Shown piece after piece: positions 10,235 to 20,118 of a stretch of 64,000 nucleotides of DNA. The stretch covers positions 254,930 through 318,929 of the forward strand of contig CAZUBI010000001.1 in assembly GCA_964618625.1 (NCBI GenBank), in the 5' to 3' direction. A program made the position numbers and the translations under genes. The notes beneath the pieces were generated by a model. The model was given only the letters and a program-made list of their open reading frames with translations, did not search any database and had not been told where the DNA came from. Origin of the DNA: an uncultured Candidatus Saccharibacteria bacterium (GTDB lineage: Bacteria > Patescibacteriota > Minisyncoccia > UBA6257). Positions within the stretch are counted from its first letter, which is position 1. Each line of letters starts with the position of its first letter.

Positions 10235-10686
10235 AAATGAAATTCTAATATTCTTGTATTTTCTCCAGTTATTTTAAATTTTATTTTCAAATGACCTTTG
10301 GGAAGAATTTTTTTAATCTTATCTCCCCATTCAATAAAAATTAAATTCTGCGGATTTTTAATAATTCCTGAAAAATCCAATTCTTTAATTTCTTTGGGTT
10401 TTTTAACCCGATAACAATCTAAATGCCATAATGTTTTAAAAAAACGAGTTTTGCAAGGAAAACTTTTCATAATCAGAAAAGTAGGGCTAAAAAGTTTTTC
10501 CTTAAGCTTTAAACCCCTTGCTATTCCTTTAAGAAACTCGGTTTTACCTCCGCCTAAAGGGCCTTCTAAAGAGATAATTAAACCATTTTGTTTTGGGTTA
10601 TATCTCATTAAAACAGCCTGCATAAAAAAAGAGGCAATTTTTTGCGTTTCTTTTGGGCTTTCGCTAATAACTTTTATCTTCATCAT
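10231..10686 (-). CDS. tsaE: tRNA t6A biosynthesis ATPase TsaE
   Basis: 151 aa; P-loop LEGPLGGGKTEF. Confidence 0.8.
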   Translation of the reverse strand: MMKIKVISESPKETQKIASFFMQAVLMRYNPKQNGLIISLEGPLGGGKTEFLKGIARGLKLKEKLFSPTFLIMKSFPCKTRFFKTLWHLDCYRVKKPKEIKELDFSGIIKNPQNLIFIEWGDKIKKILPKGHLKIKFKITGENTRILEFHL

Positions 10687-10737
10687 TTGCTTATTCTTAT
10701 TATAACAACCTCTCGCTATCGCTCAAGAACGTTGAAA

Positions 10738-10776
10738 TGAAAATATATTTATTTAAATCAAATAAATATATTTTCA
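10738..10776. promoter_or_regulatory. perfect 17-bp-arm palindrome in the divergent tsaE / secretion-ATPase promoter region
   Basis: TGAAAATATATTTATTT-AAATC-AAATAAATATATTTTCA read directly from sequence. Confidence 0.5.
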
Positions 10777-10793
10777 TTATAGCATATACTTTA

Positions 10794-10802
10794 TGGTATA
10801 AT
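10794..10802 (+). promoter_or_regulatory. extended -10 (TGgTATAAT) ~27 nt upstream of the ATPase start codon
   Basis: sequence match to sigma70 extended -10 consensus. Confidence 0.45.
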
Positions 10803-10828
10803 AAATTATTATTAATAATGTAATCTCT

Positions 10829-13723
10829 ATGAAAGACTTCGCCAAAAAAAGGGAGGAAAAAATTAAAGCTCTTTGGCAAGAATCAAAAGAAAGAGAAGCG
10901 CAAAGGCTGGCTGAAAAACACAATTTTCTTTATGTTGACTTAAGAAAAGCGCCAATTGAAACAAGCGCTCTTTCTATAATCCCAGAAGAAGAAGCAAGAA
11001 AAACTAATATTATTGCTTTCCAAAAAATAGGAAATCAAATTAAATTAGCTGTTTTAGACCCATTTAACGCTGAAACAATAAGAACAATTGAAAAAATCAA
11101 AAAAGAAAGATATAAAGTTGCCGTTTTTGTTGTTACTGAGGAAAGCCTTAATTGGGCATGGAAAAATTATGCTTTTGTCCATGAGCACCAAAAAGAATTA
11201 TCAAATTTTATAGAAATAACTGACACTAAGTCAATTGAATTTTCCGATCTTCATCAAGAACTTTTACCCCTTCCCATAGAAGAAGTCACTTCATTAGTCT
11301 CGCTTATTTTAAAATCAGCTGTTGAAATAGACGCCTCTGACATTCATATTGAACCGCAGGAAGATTACGCTCTTGTTCGTTTTCGTGTGGACGGTGTCTT
11401 ATATGATGTTTCTGAAATAGAAAAAAAGAAACACCGCGGCATTAATCAAAGATTAAAGCTTCTGTCTGGTTTAAAATTAAATATTGAAAATATTTCCCAA
11501 AATGGCAGATTTACTATCCAAAATAATAAAAGTTTTATTGATGTCCGCGCTTCCAGCTTACCAGGTCCTCATGGAGAATTTTTAGTATTCAGGCTCTTAA
11601 ACCCCAAACGAGCCGCTTTTGGTTTAAAAGATTTAGGTATTGACCAAAAAAGTATAGATGTTTTTAATCATTCTTTATCAGCACCAAATGGAATGATTTT
11701 AATCACAGGACCTACAGGTTCAGGAAAAACAACTACTTTATACGCTTTTTTAAAAAAGAAGATTTCCCCAGGAATAAAAATTATCACAATTGAAGACCCA
11801 ATTGAATATCGGCTTGTTGGTGTAAACCAAACTCAGACATCAAAAAAATATGGTTTTGCTAATGGATTAAAATCCATTCTCCGACAAGATCCTGATGTCC
11901 TTATGATTGGCGAAATGAGAGATGAGGAAACAGTAAAAACCGCTATACAGGCTTCTTTAACCGGACATTTGGTCTTTTCTACACTCCATACAAATGAAGC
12001 CAGCGGCACTATTGCCAGACTGGTTGAATTAGGCGCTGACGTCCAAATGCTTCCAAATGCGCTTAAATTAGTTGTGGCGCAAAGATTAATTCGACGCCTT
12101 TGTCCTGATTGTAAAGAAAAATACCAACCAACTCCTGAAATGAAAGAAAGATTAATTGAGGCTTTTAGCATTCTCTCTCCAAAAAGTGGAGTAAAAATAC
12201 CGAAAAATATTCCATGTCTTTATAAATCAAAAGGCTGCGCAAAATGCCATTGGCTGGGATATAAAAGCCAGATTGGAATTTTTGAATACTTTAATATAAG
12301 TCCAAAAATTATTAAAACAATCAAATCCGACGCTGACCAAAATGAAATAAGATCGAAAGCCATTGATGAAGGAATGGTGCCTCTTTTTCATGACGGTCTA
12401 TTGAAAACTATTGAAGGCATTACTTCTTTGGAAGAAGTTATGAGAGTGGCAGGTGATATTTCCTATATCCAGGAATTATATAAAGAATTATTTTCTCAGG
12501 TTTTGACTCGAGGCGTAAAAGTAAGCAGCAAAGAAGAAAAGAAAATAGAAGAATTGCTTCAAAAGAATAAATCAATTTCCCCATTACTAAAAGATAAATC
12601 TTCTGAAAGGCAAATTGCCATTATTTTAGCTACTGCATTAAAATCACGAGCCACAGATGTTCACTTTGAACCAGAAGAAAAAACCAGTGAAATTAGGGAA
12701 AGAATTGACGGAGTGCTCCATAAATTAGTTTCTTTTGATATCAACGAGCATCCTAAATTAATTAATGAATTAAAAGCCCTCAGCGGTTTAAAAACAGAGG
12801 AAACGCAAACAATTCAAGAAGGAAGATTCCGGCTTATTCTTCCTGATGAATCTTTTGACCTCAGGCTTTCAATAATTCCAGGCGGATATGGGGAAAGCGC
12901 CTCCTTAAGAATCTTGGGCGGAGAAGAATCTTTATTAAATTTAGAAAGCTTGGGATTTTTAAAAGAACAGGAAGAAGAAATAGAAAAAGTATTAGAAAAA
13001 AAAGTCGGATTAATTTTAGCTGCCGGGCCTACTTCTTCGGGAAAAACCACAACTCTATTTACAATACTTAAAAAACTTGCCAAGCCAGATGTAAAAGTGA
13101 TTACTGTTGAAGACCCTATTGAATATCGTTTACCTGGAATTATGCAAACTCAAGTTAATGAGGAAAAAGGATATACTTTTTCCAAAGTCCTTCGAAGTTT
13201 GCTTCGCCAAAACCCTAACATTTTCCTAATTGGAGAAATTAGGGACAAAGAAACAGCTAAATTAGTCTGGCAGGCGTCTACAACAGGGCATTTAGTTCTG
13301 TCCACTATTCATACAAATGACGCTTTAGGCGTTTTATCTCGTCTACAGAGTTTAGAAATACCTTCAAAAGAATTGGTGCCTGCTATTAACACTATTGTTG
13401 CGCAACGATTAGTCCGTTGCCTTTGCCCTCATTGTAAAAAAGAAATAAAAATTCCATCAGAAATGTCCAAATTTATCAAACCATCCTTAAAATATTTCCC
13501 AAAATACAAAAAACCGATAAAAATTTACCAAGCTCAAAGTTGCGCCAAATGTAGTTTTACTGGATATAAAGGCCAATCAGGAATATTTGAAATACTTATA
13601 CCGCCTTCAAAAACAAAAGATCTTACAAAAGTAAAATTTTCAAAATTAATTAACAGCGCTGTTATTAAAGTTTTACAGGGAATTACCTCATGGGAGGAAA
13701 TAAAAAGAGTGCTTGGAGTATAA
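10829..13723 (+). CDS. type II/IV secretion (GspE/PilB-family) ATPase with two tandem ATPase cores
   Basis: 964 aa; T2SSE_N-like N-terminus. Two full cores, each with Walker A (GPTGSGKTTTLYAFL / GPTSSGKTTTLFTIL), Asp box, His box (FSTLHTNEA / LSTIHTNDA) and tetracysteine motif (CPDC..CAKC / CPHC..CAKC). Confidence 0.85.
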   Translation: MKDFAKKREEKIKALWQESKEREAQRLAEKHNFLYVDLRKAPIETSALSIIPEEEARKTNIIAFQKIGNQIKLAVLDPFNAETIRTIEKIKKERYKVAVFVVTEESLNWAWKNYAFVHEHQKELSNFIEITDTKSIEFSDLHQELLPLPIEEVTSLVSLILKSAVEIDASDIHIEPQEDYALVRFRVDGVLYDVSEIEKKKHRGINQRLKLLSGLKLNIENISQNGRFTIQNNKSFIDVRASSLPGPHGEFLVFRLLNPKRAAFGLKDLGIDQKSIDVFNHSLSAPNGMILITGPTGSGKTTTLYAFLKKKISPGIKIITIEDPIEYRLVGVNQTQTSKKYGFANGLKSILRQDPDVLMIGEMRDEETVKTAIQASLTGHLVFSTLHTNEASGTIARLVELGADVQMLPNALKLVVAQRLIRRLCPDCKEKYQPTPEMKERLIEAFSILSPKSGVKIPKNIPCLYKSKGCAKCHWLGYKSQIGIFEYFNISPKIIKTIKSDADQNEIRSKAIDEGMVPLFHDGLLKTIEGITSLEEVMRVAGDISYIQELYKELFSQVLTRGVKVSSKEEKKIEELLQKNKSISPLLKDKSSERQIAIILATALKSRATDVHFEPEEKTSEIRERIDGVLHKLVSFDINEHPKLINELKALSGLKTEETQTIQEGRFRLILPDESFDLRLSIIPGGYGESASLRILGGEESLLNLESLGFLKEQEEEIEKVLEKKVGLILAAGPTSSGKTTTLFTILKKLAKPDVKVITVEDPIEYRLPGIMQTQVNEEKGYTFSKVLRSLLRQNPNIFLIGEIRDKETAKLVWQASTTGHLVLSTIHTNDALGVLSRLQSLEIPSKELVPAINTIVAQRLVRCLCPHCKKEIKIPSEMSKFIKPSLKYFPKYKKPIKIYQAQSCAKCSFTGYKGQSGIFEILIPPSKTKDLTKVKFSKLINSAVIKVLQGITSWEEIKRVLGV

Positions 13724-13728
13724 AAAAA

Positions 13729-13877
13729 GGCCCATTAATCTGCAGGCAAATATCCTTCGAAACGAAGACTAAAGATCAACCCGAGGTATACCTCAGACAT
13801 ATAAATATATCCAAGATACCCATCTGCAGAGAACCCCTGACAAGCGTTTGCTTGCTTGCCTACAGATTAATAGACCC
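13729..13877 (-). ncRNA. candidate structured ncRNA (class unknown) in a convergent intergenic region
   Basis: 18-bp terminal helix ggcccattaatctgcagg / cctacagattaatagaccc. Its 3 non-WC positions are G-U only on the minus strand. Internal hairpins cttcgAAAcgaag, gaggTATAcctc, caagcGTTTgcttg. GC-richer than flanks. Confidence 0.4.
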
Positions 13878-13924
13878 TTTATTTTCAATTTGCAATACTA
13901 TTATACTATAGTCCATTAGCTTTG

Positions 13925-16063
13925 TCAACCCCTCACCTGCTTATCCACTTCTAAACTAATTTTCGTGGTATTAATAATTTCCTCCAATGGCATTGGGCTC
14001 CTTCTTTGATGCAAGCAAGAAGCTAAACTTTTTAACTCTTCAAAAAGCCCTTTATTTTGTTGACGCATTTTCATATCAGCTTTCACTCCATATGTTCTTA
14101 ACTTTTTATAATCATCCAGAATAAATACTCTGCCCTCAGAATATAACTCCATATATTCTTTACCAGCTCCGCTATCTCCCTGTGTTGTATAAACTAAATT
14201 AGCTAAAGAGCCGTCTTTAAATTTAATAGTGGAAACAAAATTATCAGTAGTAAGATAAAATGTGTCTTTTGGGGTTATTGCGCAAGCATCAATTTTTTCA
14301 ATTCCAGATTCAGCTAAATAGCAAAAAACATTAAACATATGGCAAGCATTGCCTAAAACTCTTCCTCCGCCTTCGCTGGTATTCACCCAATGGCTTGGCG
14401 CGAGATAAGAATCATTAACTCTATAATTAATTATTATCGGGCTGCGGCGATCCCTAATAGTTTCTTTTATTTTTTGAATGAACGGAGAAAAACGTCGATT
14501 AAATCCAACCGCGACAATTGGGGAATAATCAAAATTTTGTGTTTTTAATATATCCAAAATCTCTTTTAATTCTTCTTTGGTCAAGCATAATGGTTTTTCT
14601 ACAAAAATATTCTTTCCCGCTTTAAGAGTATCAATCACCATTTGAGCATGAAGATTATGCCTTGTACTAATGATAATAAGATTTATTTTGGGATCATTGA
14701 GTAATATTTTATAATCGGTTGTAGCAATACTCGCGTTATAGCGGCTGGCAAAATACTTGGCTTTTACCTGATCATGGGTACAAATTCCGCGAATTCTGTA
14801 AAATTCTCTTAATTTCATTAAATTAGGCAAATGCACGGTCTGGGCAAAACTTCCCACTCCAATAATTCCTAATTCAATTTTTCCTTCAATTTTTTGTGGA
14901 GTGGATAATTCAACAAACTGTTGCGAATCTTTTTCTTTTAAAATAGAGCCTGGATAAGAAAGCAAAACTGCTAATGGTTTTTTTTTGGAATTTAATAATT
15001 TATATGCCAAATCTGCCTGTTTTAAAGAATATTTTCCTTCAATCAAAGAACTAAAATCAATTTTTTTGTTTTTTAATAATTGCAGATAAGCCTGCATATT
15101 GCGATTTTCTGTCCATCTAACATAAGCATAAGGATAATCAATTCCTTTGTTTTCATAATCAGAATCTCCTCTGCCAGGGCCATAAGAAGTAGATATGCGC
15201 AATTCAATTTCCTTTTGATACCAAGGCAACCTATTAATTTTCAAACCAATATCCCCTACGACAACGACTTTCCCCTTTTTTCTTGTTGTTAATAACGCCT
15301 GATTAATAATTTCATCGTCTGAGGGATTAGCAGCAGTAATAATAGTCGCGTCTGCTCCTTGTGAATTAGTTAAATAATTAATTTTATTTAAAAGATTTTT
15401 AGTAGTAGGAGAAAAAATATTTGTTAATCCATTTTCTTTGGCTTTTTTTATTCTTTCTTTGGAAAGCTCAATACCAATCACCTTTATCCCGCTTGCCAAA
15501 AGAATCTGCGCAGTTAATTGGCCTATTAATCCTAACCCAACAACTACAGCACTTTCTCCTACGCGCAAATCAGCCTGCCTGACTCCTTGAAGAGCAATTG
15601 CGCCAACTGTGGCAGAACAAGCATCTTCAAAAGAAACTCCATTAGGAACTTTTACTGTTAAATTCCTTGGAACAGCTATAAATTCAGCATGGGAGGCAAT
15701 ATTTGCTCCTGCGCAAGCAACAATATCCCCTCTTTTAATATCAATTATATCCTTTCCGACTTTCATAACACGGCCGCAACAACTATATCCAGGAGTTACT
15801 CCCGCTTGAAGCATACCAGTTACTATTTTATAAGCATTGGAAAACCCCTGCTCTTTCACAAGCTTAATGCCTTTAGCTAATTTAGTTGGATGTTTTAAAA
15901 CCTTTAAAGGCAAAGGTTGCCCAGAAAAATTTAAACTTGATAATTCTGTGCCCGAAGAAATTAAAGAAAATAGATTTTCCACTAAAATCTGGCCTGCTCC
16001 GCAAGCCGGCGTTGGAACCTCTTCTACAACAACTTTTCCTTGTTTAAAAACTAATTGTTTCAT
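13925..16063 (-). CDS. bi-domain oxidoreductase (zinc-ADH/MDR N-terminal + Gfo/Idh/MocA C-terminal)
   Basis: 712 aa. N-terminal GroES-like/MDR with Rossmann GLGLIGQ. C-terminal second Rossmann GIIGVGSFAQTVHLPNL with Gfo/Idh/MocA-like fold. Confidence 0.7.
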   Translation of the reverse strand: MKQLVFKQGKVVVEEVPTPACGAGQILVENLFSLISSGTELSSLNFSGQPLPLKVLKHPTKLAKGIKLVKEQGFSNAYKIVTGMLQAGVTPGYSCCGRVMKVGKDIIDIKRGDIVACAGANIASHAEFIAVPRNLTVKVPNGVSFEDACSATVGAIALQGVRQADLRVGESAVVVGLGLIGQLTAQILLASGIKVIGIELSKERIKKAKENGLTNIFSPTTKNLLNKINYLTNSQGADATIITAANPSDDEIINQALLTTRKKGKVVVVGDIGLKINRLPWYQKEIELRISTSYGPGRGDSDYENKGIDYPYAYVRWTENRNMQAYLQLLKNKKIDFSSLIEGKYSLKQADLAYKLLNSKKKPLAVLLSYPGSILKEKDSQQFVELSTPQKIEGKIELGIIGVGSFAQTVHLPNLMKLREFYRIRGICTHDQVKAKYFASRYNASIATTDYKILLNDPKINLIIISTRHNLHAQMVIDTLKAGKNIFVEKPLCLTKEELKEILDILKTQNFDYSPIVAVGFNRRFSPFIQKIKETIRDRRSPIIINYRVNDSYLAPSHWVNTSEGGGRVLGNACHMFNVFCYLAESGIEKIDACAITPKDTFYLTTDNFVSTIKFKDGSLANLVYTTQGDSGAGKEYMELYSEGRVFILDDYKKLRTYGVKADMKMRQQNKGLFEELKSLASCLHQRRSPMPLEEIINTTKISLEVDKQVRG

Positions 16064-16066
16064 AAT

Positions 16067-18367
16067 CTAATCGGGAATTTGATCCCATTGTTCATCCTCA
16101 ACTAATTTAATAAAAGCTTCTACTGTTTCTTTCGCTCCTGGCTTTAGTTCTAAAACTTTGTTGGCATATTCAATAGCTTTTTCTTTATTCTGTATTTTAG
16201 CATAAGCAGCAGCTAAGCCAGTATATAAAGAAACGTCTTTGGGATCTATTTGAATTGCTTGTAAATAAAGTTTTGTTATAGCTTTATAATCTTTTTCTTT
16301 TATTAAAAGACTTATTACACCTAAAATCTGATTTTTAGCTTTAAAAGAAAAATTAAGCTCAGCTGCTTTTATTAAATTTTCATCGCGTTTTTCAAAATCG
16401 CTTAATTCATTATAAGCTAAACCTAAAATATAATAAGAAGTTGAGAGTTTAGGATTAATTTCAATAACTTTTTCTGCCTCTGTTATGGCTCTTTCTGTTT
16501 CTTTATTGAGTAGAAAGAATTTAGCAGCGAATAAGTAAGACTGCGGAAAATGCGGAAAACGAGAGAGTATTTCTTCGGTTGATTTTTCAGCCTGCTCAAG
16601 TCCATTTTCACCCCATTGTAAAAAGATAGTCTCTAAATCTGCAGCAGCCATAGCTAAATTAAACCGCCACGGCCTTTCTTGAACTGCTTCCCTAGCTTGT
16701 ATAACTAATATGCCAATCATCTTTTTTCTATATTCTTCATTAATATTTGAACTGTAAAGTGAATACATTTTTTTAATGCCTATAATTATATCGCCTTTCA
16801 AAAAAGCAGGTTTATTAATTACACCTCTTAATTCCTCATATGCTTTTTCATTTTCTCCTTGTTTAACAAAATAACCTACATTAAAAATTCCTTTGCTTAC
16901 TAAATAAGGTCTTATAACCCATTGTGTCGTGCTAAAAATAACTAAACAAACAACGGCAATAACTAATAACCCTTTCCCCATTCTTAAAGAATAGTTTTTG
17001 GAAGAACCTTTTTCTTTTGTCACTGGGGGTCCCGATTTATCGGGACGTAGTAATCCTATTTCTGAAAGCGATGAGATAAAAGCCAATAACAAAAAGAACA
17101 TTAAATAACTTTCGTGAAAATCAAAAATAAAAACATTCTGGATAAAATACCCTATCAAACCACCCGCTAAAGCCAATGACGGTAAAAACCATTCTTTCTT
17201 TTTTCTTAAACGATTCAAAAAATATAAAACTATCCCAAAAACAGAAAGGTAAGACAAAAACCCAAAAATGCCAGTAGTGGCTAAAACCTCCATTGGTTTG
17301 TTATGGGCTCTGTCAAAATAAAAATCCCCTGGCAAATATTTTAATACTTCTGGATTAAAATTTTTTACATAAGCAGCTTCATAATTTTCTGGGCCCCAGC
17401 CAAAGAATGGTTTTTGTAAAAAACTTTTCCAGGCTGTCCCAGCAGAAAAAAGACGAGAGAGAGCTGTTGGATCTGTTAGGGAAATAGAAGAAAACCTACC
17501 TAGAATTTTATTATTTTTTACAAAATCAGTATTTTTTGCGCCAAAAGTAAAAACAGATAAAACTAATATGCTAATTAAAAAAACAATGGCTATTTTCTTC
17601 AAAGAACTAGGAAGGTTGGACTCCTTTTGAATATCTGACTTTAAGAAAATAATGCCCAAAGCAATTAATATAATGCTTACTAAGTAACCCATCATTGAAC
17701 CTCTTGTCAAAGTAGCAAAAATGAGAAAACTTTGCCCGAGAAAAACAAGCAGCCACCAATTAAATAATCTTTTATCAAATATATATTGACGAGAATAAAA
17801 ATATAGAGCTAAAAAGGCGTTAAAAAGCAAATACACAGCGAAAAAAGAAGGGTTACCAGTATAGCCAGCCAAGCGACCACCAGTTAACTGGGCGGTAATT
17901 TTTCCTATACCAGAATAAGCTAAAATAGCCACTATTGAATAAAGAATACCTATTCCTACCTGGATTTTGAGAATTTTCTCTATTTCTAAATATTTAAAAG
18001 TCGTGGCAATAATTAAAAAGAAAAGCATAAAGTGCCAAATTCCAAATACTCCTTCCATTCTTTCATTTCCTGAGAATAAACTATAATAAAAATCTATTCC
18101 AAAAAGAGCGGAAATAAATATTATAATACCAAAAATAAGAACGGCTTTAGTTAATGGAGTTAATGAAATTGATGAAGTCGGACTTCCAAGGGAAGTTCGA
18201 CTTTTAACTAGCCAAAATACCCAAACCACTAACATTAAACCTACTATTATTCGAAAAGCTATGGCTTTGGCAGTAATAAAAGGAAAATAAGTGCTAGTAT
18301 CAACCAAAAAAGGCGTAAATAAAGCCGCAATTGTAAGATAAAATAGCGTTGTTTTTAATTTATTCAT
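16067..18367 (-). CDS. O-antigen ligase / Wzy_C-family polytopic membrane protein with C-terminal TPR domain (possible O-oligosaccharyltransferase)
   Basis: 766 aa; ~12 TM helices plus a large periplasmic loop; C-terminal TPR repeats (LGLAYNEL..., AAAYAKIQNKEKAIEYANKVLEL). Confidence 0.6.
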   Translation of the reverse strand: MNKLKTTLFYLTIAALFTPFLVDTSTYFPFITAKAIAFRIIVGLMLVVWVFWLVKSRTSLGSPTSSISLTPLTKAVLIFGIIIFISALFGIDFYYSLFSGNERMEGVFGIWHFMLFFLIIATTFKYLEIEKILKIQVGIGILYSIVAILAYSGIGKITAQLTGGRLAGYTGNPSFFAVYLLFNAFLALYFYSRQYIFDKRLFNWWLLVFLGQSFLIFATLTRGSMMGYLVSIILIALGIIFLKSDIQKESNLPSSLKKIAIVFLISILVLSVFTFGAKNTDFVKNNKILGRFSSISLTDPTALSRLFSAGTAWKSFLQKPFFGWGPENYEAAYVKNFNPEVLKYLPGDFYFDRAHNKPMEVLATTGIFGFLSYLSVFGIVLYFLNRLRKKKEWFLPSLALAGGLIGYFIQNVFIFDFHESYLMFFLLLAFISSLSEIGLLRPDKSGPPVTKEKGSSKNYSLRMGKGLLVIAVVCLVIFSTTQWVIRPYLVSKGIFNVGYFVKQGENEKAYEELRGVINKPAFLKGDIIIGIKKMYSLYSSNINEEYRKKMIGILVIQAREAVQERPWRFNLAMAAADLETIFLQWGENGLEQAEKSTEEILSRFPHFPQSYLFAAKFFLLNKETERAITEAEKVIEINPKLSTSYYILGLAYNELSDFEKRDENLIKAAELNFSFKAKNQILGVISLLIKEKDYKAITKLYLQAIQIDPKDVSLYTGLAAAYAKIQNKEKAIEYANKVLELKPGAKETVEAFIKLVEDEQWDQIPD

Positions 18368-20025
18368 AATTTAGAATTTGCTGCCGCTCTTGTCAATGGT
18401 CCAAAATAACCAGTAGTAATAATGTTTTGTAATGCCTGATAGCGCTTAACTGCTGCCTGAGTCAAAGGTCCAAAATAACCTGTTATTAATCCTTCTGGAT
18501 AAATCTCAGGCCCTAAAGCTTTTAAATATTGCTGCAAACAACTCACTTGATTACTATTCATTCCATAATAAAGGTCTCCGTAAAAAGATGAGCATACTGA
18601 AGAATTCTGACCTGCTGATAAAGCAAGTAATTGCGCCTGAAGCTTAACTATCTCCTGTTGAAGCATAAGAATTTTGGCTTGCAATGCTTTTATTACTTCT
18701 GCTTCAGCTTGATCTGAATCTTCTGACACAGTCACATCCCATGAAAAATAATAGCGTTTATCAGAAAAAGTTGACGTAAGAAAAGGAATTGTAATTAAAG
18801 CAATGTTTTTATCTCCAAAATCTGAAACAAAAATTTCATCCATATTACTTGCCTCAAAATCAAAAAAACCAACTTTATTTTGCCCATTATCTTGAATAAT
18901 AATATATGGAACACGAGAAATTTGAGTATTCTCTGGTATTTCCCATTCCATTTTTATAATATCCTTTCCACCAATAATCTTCTGCCACTTTGCGCTCCAA
19001 GAATTTAAAGAATCTGTTACTGACAAAGAAGCTCTTCCTGTTGTTGGTAAATAATAAGTATAAGGAAAAATCGTAAGATTTTTCAAATAAGGATTTTTAT
19101 AACAATATTTTTGACTTTTGGAACAATCATTAATCACATTAGTAATCAACCAATCCATAAAAATATCTGAAAAATCTTCAGAAAATCCATTCTTCTTTAA
19201 AGCATAATTAATAGCAGCTATACCTGATTCAGAAGAATGCAAAGAATCAACTAAAATATCAATGCCATAATGATCGACTAAATAATGAGTTAATAAATTT
19301 ACTTTGGCATAATCGTAATTAGTATTATCCCAATCTAATAAAGAAATCTTTGTACTATTTGAAAATTGTCGAATTCTTCTCTGTAAATTACTATCATCCC
19401 AATCTTTTCCATAATCCAATAAAGTTTCAGTATATTCAGCTCTGCCTTCATTAAGCCAGACTTCTTCATCAGGATTTTGTTTAAGAGTTATCAAATGCAT
19501 AAATTCGTGAGCCAAATGATACCTTAAGCTGTCAGAAGATAATAATAGAATATTATCAGCGTTTAAATATATTATTTGTCCTTCATTAGAACGAGAATAA
19601 AGTTGAGATGAATAGTTGTCTGCTGTTTGTATATATCCGCCAACGTCTTTTTTCATCTTATGTAATACGACGATCGTTCTTGAGTCGTTATCTATACCAG
19701 GATTGTCTTCAAAGCCAAAAGTTTGAGTTAAAATTGGATAGATTTTATATTCAAACCTATTGGCTAAGCTATAAATCTTATTATTAATATCTCTTTTATT
19801 TCCAGATGAAAGTTCATTAAACCATTCTTGATCTGCGTAAAAATATAATCTATTTGTGATTTTTATAAGCTCAGTATCTATTTTCCAACGAGCCAATGGA
19901 TCATAATCATATTGAATATTAAAAGAACGCTCTTGCCCCATAGAAATCGCCTGAGCAAAAACTGGAATAAAAAGTATTATCCCTAAAAGAAAACAAAGAA
20001 TAAATTTTCGCTGATAAGAAAACAT
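18364..20025 (-). CDS. secreted gluzincin metallopeptidase with coiled-coil and C-terminal PG_binding_1 domain
   Basis: signal peptide; HEFMHLI...NEGRAEY (HExxH + NEG third ligand); C-terminal YFGPLTQAAVKRYQ peptidoglycan-binding repeats. Confidence 0.65.
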   Translation of the reverse strand: MFSYQRKFILCFLLGIILFIPVFAQAISMGQERSFNIQYDYDPLARWKIDTELIKITNRLYFYADQEWFNELSSGNKRDINNKIYSLANRFEYKIYPILTQTFGFEDNPGIDNDSRTIVVLHKMKKDVGGYIQTADNYSSQLYSRSNEGQIIYLNADNILLLSSDSLRYHLAHEFMHLITLKQNPDEEVWLNEGRAEYTETLLDYGKDWDDSNLQRRIRQFSNSTKISLLDWDNTNYDYAKVNLLTHYLVDHYGIDILVDSLHSSESGIAAINYALKKNGFSEDFSDIFMDWLITNVINDCSKSQKYCYKNPYLKNLTIFPYTYYLPTTGRASLSVTDSLNSWSAKWQKIIGGKDIIKMEWEIPENTQISRVPYIIIQDNGQNKVGFFDFEASNMDEIFVSDFGDKNIALITIPFLTSTFSDKRYYFSWDVTVSEDSDQAEAEVIKALQAKILMLQQEIVKLQAQLLALSAGQNSSVCSSFYGDLYYGMNSNQVSCLQQYLKALGPEIYPEGLITGYFGPLTQAAVKRYQALQNIITTGYFGPLTRAAANSKL

Positions 20026-20072
20026 TGATTATATATTAACAAAAAAAAAGCAAAAAACAAATAACAAGAAAA

Positions 20073-20100
20073 CAAAAACCGCCTTGAAAGGCGGTTTTTG
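20073..20100. terminator. bidirectional rho-independent terminator
   Basis: aaaaACCGCCTTgaaAAGGCGGTttttt. Confidence 0.7.
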
Positions 20101-20118
20101 CAACCTGCAAGGAATGGT

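Noticed and set aside
11833-13083. Antisense ORFs within the secretion ATPase gene (11833..12171, 12814..13083)
   Set aside because: They are embedded in a strongly supported CDS on the opposite strand.
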